Part shown: piece by piece, positions 25,867 through 27,446 of the stretch
Layout: every line of letters begins with the position of its first letter
Numbering within the stretch: position 1 is the stretch's first letter
Assembly: GCF_963923915.1 (NCBI RefSeq)
Contig: NZ_CAWUOL010000071.1
Coordinates: 1-27,446, forward strand
DNA length: 27,446 bases
DNA from: Nodularia chucula CCY0103
Lineage (GTDB): Bacteria; Cyanobacteriota; Cyanobacteriia; Cyanobacteriales; Nostocaceae
Direction: 5' to 3'
The notes under the pieces: model-generated
Seen by the model: the letters and a program-made list of their open reading frames with translations, nothing else
Databases searched by the model: none
What the model was told of the DNA's origin: nothing
Made by a program: the position numbers and the translations under genes

Positions 25867-27063
25867 ATGAGCGAAAATCGCCCTAATCCTGAGCAAATAC
25901 GGCAGAACGCCTTTGAGAATGTTCAAGCCCGTGATATAAAAATTGGAGTCTTTAACCAGTCTATAAATCTGGGCGAAACTTCCCAAGCCATTGGTATTCC
26001 GCAAAATTTACCCCTGAGTGGGGTGGTGAAATTTGTGGGACGTGATGAAGAACTGCAAAAACTCCACCAACTTTTACAGGAAAATCACCAAGTAGCCATT
26101 GCTGCGATCGCGGGAATGGGTGGACTGGGTAAAACAGAACTCGCCTTGCAATATGCAATGAGTCAGCGCGACACCTACAAAGGTGGACTGTGCTGGTTAC
26201 AACCGAAAGCTGAGGATGTGGGCGTTCAACTGGTGCGATTTGCCAGAACTCAGCTTGATTTAGAACTACCAAAAGATTTGGTGGATTTACCCGCACAAGT
26301 GCAATTCTGCTTGCGGAATTGGCGTGAGGGTGATGTGCTGCTAGTGGTGGATGATGTCACAGATTACCAGCAAGTCAAAACTTACCTAAATGGGCTATCT
26401 TCCAGATTTAGAGTGTTGATGACTACGCGCCAACTCTTGGGTGCATCCATCAAGCAATTACCTTTGGATGTATTACAACCAGAAGCAGCCTTGGAGTTGT
26501 TACGGTCTTTGCTGGGAGAAACACCAGAGCGAATTGATAGAGAATTAGATGTAGCAAATCAGTTGTGTGCATGGCTGGGATATTTACCCTTGGGTTTGGA
26601 GTTAGTGGGGCGGTATCTGGCGAGGAAACAGGATTTATCCCTCTCGAAAATGATGGGGCGCTTGGATAAAGAGCGATTAGAACAAGCTGCACTTGTTAAG
26701 CTCGACGATGACAACAAAGAAAAATTGGGAGTGAAAGCAGCCTTTGAGTTGAGTTGGCAGGAATTAGCAGAGGATGATCAGCAATTAGGCTGTTTAATCA
26801 GTTTATTTGCAGCTGCACCCATACCCTGGAAATCAGTAGAACAGTGCCTACCAGAAGATGATGAGGAAGATTTAGAGAAAATTCGGGACGATAAGCTGCT
26901 GTATCTGCATTTACTCCAGCGCAAAGGTGAGGGAATCTATCAATTACATCCACTGCTGCGGGAATTTTTCCAGTCTAAGCTTACAGGTTTAGAGCAGGTA
27001 GAGGAATTTAAGCGATCTTTTTGTCAGGTAATGGTAGCAGTAAGCGATCTTTTTGTCAGGTAA
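25867..27063 (+). CDS. NB-ARC (STAND, NLR-type) NTPase module, truncated by a frameshift; the N-terminal 30 aa carry the motif shared with the upstream protein
   Basis: 398-aa ORF. Motifs: FVGRDEELQKL, Walker A GMGGLGKTELA (nt 26113-26136), Walker B VLLVVDDV, LMTTR, GYLPLGLELVG (GLPL-like). It terminates at TAA 27061-27063 inside the second copy of a 32-bp tandem duplication. Confidence 0.85.
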   Translation: MSENRPNPEQIRQNAFENVQARDIKIGVFNQSINLGETSQAIGIPQNLPLSGVVKFVGRDEELQKLHQLLQENHQVAIAAIAGMGGLGKTELALQYAMSQRDTYKGGLCWLQPKAEDVGVQLVRFARTQLDLELPKDLVDLPAQVQFCLRNWREGDVLLVVDDVTDYQQVKTYLNGLSSRFRVLMTTRQLLGASIKQLPLDVLQPEAALELLRSLLGETPERIDRELDVANQLCAWLGYLPLGLELVGRYLARKQDLSLSKMMGRLDKERLEQAALVKLDDDNKEKLGVKAAFELSWQELAEDDQQLGCLISLFAAAPIPWKSVEQCLPEDDEEDLEKIRDDKLLYLHLLQRKGEGIYQLHPLLREFFQSKLTGLEQVEEFKRSFCQVMVAVSDLFVR

Positions 27064-27072
27064 TGGTAGCAG
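27009..27072 (+). repeat. Perfect 32-bp tandem duplication (2 x TAAGCGATCTTTTTGTCAGGTAATGGTAGCAG)
   Basis: Copy 1 is 27009-27040 and copy 2 is 27041-27072, identical at 32/32 when compared base by base. 32 is not a multiple of 3, so the reading frame shifts. Confidence 0.95.
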
Positions 27073-27446
27073 TCGCCCAAGAAATTCCTCACACCCCCAC
27101 ACTTGAGGAAATTAATGCTGTTTCCCTTGCCATACCTCATATAGCTGAAGTAGCAAATCATCTGATTCAATACGTTTGTGATGAAGATTTATATTGGGTT
27201 TTCTTCGGCTTGGGTAACTTCTATGAAGGACAAGGTTTGTATATCCTAGCCGAACCTTGGAGACAGCAGTGTTTATCAACCGCACAAGACCGCTTGGGAG
27301 ACAATCATCCCGATATCGCCGCTAGCCTTAACAACTTGGCAGAACTCTACTGTTCCCAAGGAAGGTACGACCAAGCCGAATCCCTGTATCTCCAAGCTTT
27401 AGAACTCTTTAAACGCCTGCTGGGAGACTATCATCCCAATATCGCC
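27063..27446 (+). CDS. TPR-repeat (kinesin-light-chain-like TPR_12) C-terminal part of the same NLR gene, in the +2 frame; runs off the right edge
   Basis: The frame is open from 27012 to the window end, with ATG at 27063-27065 overlapping the upstream TAA (TAATG). Hand translation: MVAVAQEIPHTPTLEEINAVSLAIPHIAEVANHL...FYEGQGLYILAEPWRQQCLSTAQDRLGDNHPDIAASLNNLAELYCSQGRYDQAESLYLQALELFKRLLGDYHPNIA. Confidence 0.8.
   Translation, partial: MVAVAQEIPHTPTLEEINAVSLAIPHIAEVANHLIQYVCDEDLYWVFFGLGNFYEGQGLYILAEPWRQQCLSTAQDRLGDNHPDIAASLNNLAELYCSQGRYDQAESLYLQALELFKRLLGDYHPNIA

Overview
This is a 27.4-kb chromosomal segment from a filamentous, Nostocales-type cyanobacterium. Supporting marks are about two dozen HIP1 octamers (GCGATCGC, counted by eye), STRR1 heptamer arrays CCCCA[A/G]T, and Nostoc-style hairpin MITE repeats. 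Content from left to right: (1) the 5' stump of an HTH-headed gene (-). (2) A translationally coupled two-component pair (669-5140, +); its first member is a hybrid histidine kinase carrying a plant-ETR1-like ethylene-binding membrane domain. (3) An ORF-free structured spacer. (4) A minus-strand housekeeping block (5931-14786): nadK, ndhE-ndhG-ndhI-ndhA, gltA, sixA, a decayed DUF2281/PIN toxin-antitoxin pair, a DHH phosphoesterase and a small HNH nuclease. (5) alr, tRNA-Leu(UAG) and an internally deleted IS1380-family remnant (15185-17281, +). (6) A five-gene PatA/CheY/CheW/MCP/CheA chemosensory cluster of the Hmp/PilGHIJL type (17914-25145, +), with decayed MITE copies on both sides of cheA. 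(7) The most interesting locus sits at the right edge (25407-27446, +). A 151-aa helical Bell-like protein carries two 21-residue pseudo-repeats at its C-terminus. The same motif recurs at the extreme N-terminus of the adjacent NB-ARC/TPR STAND NTPase. This is the architecture of NLR-associated amyloid signalling (fungal HET-S/NWD2; bacterial Bell/BASS pairs). The NLR gene is split by a perfect 32-bp tandem duplication. All family assignments come from motif recognition by eye; no database search was possible.
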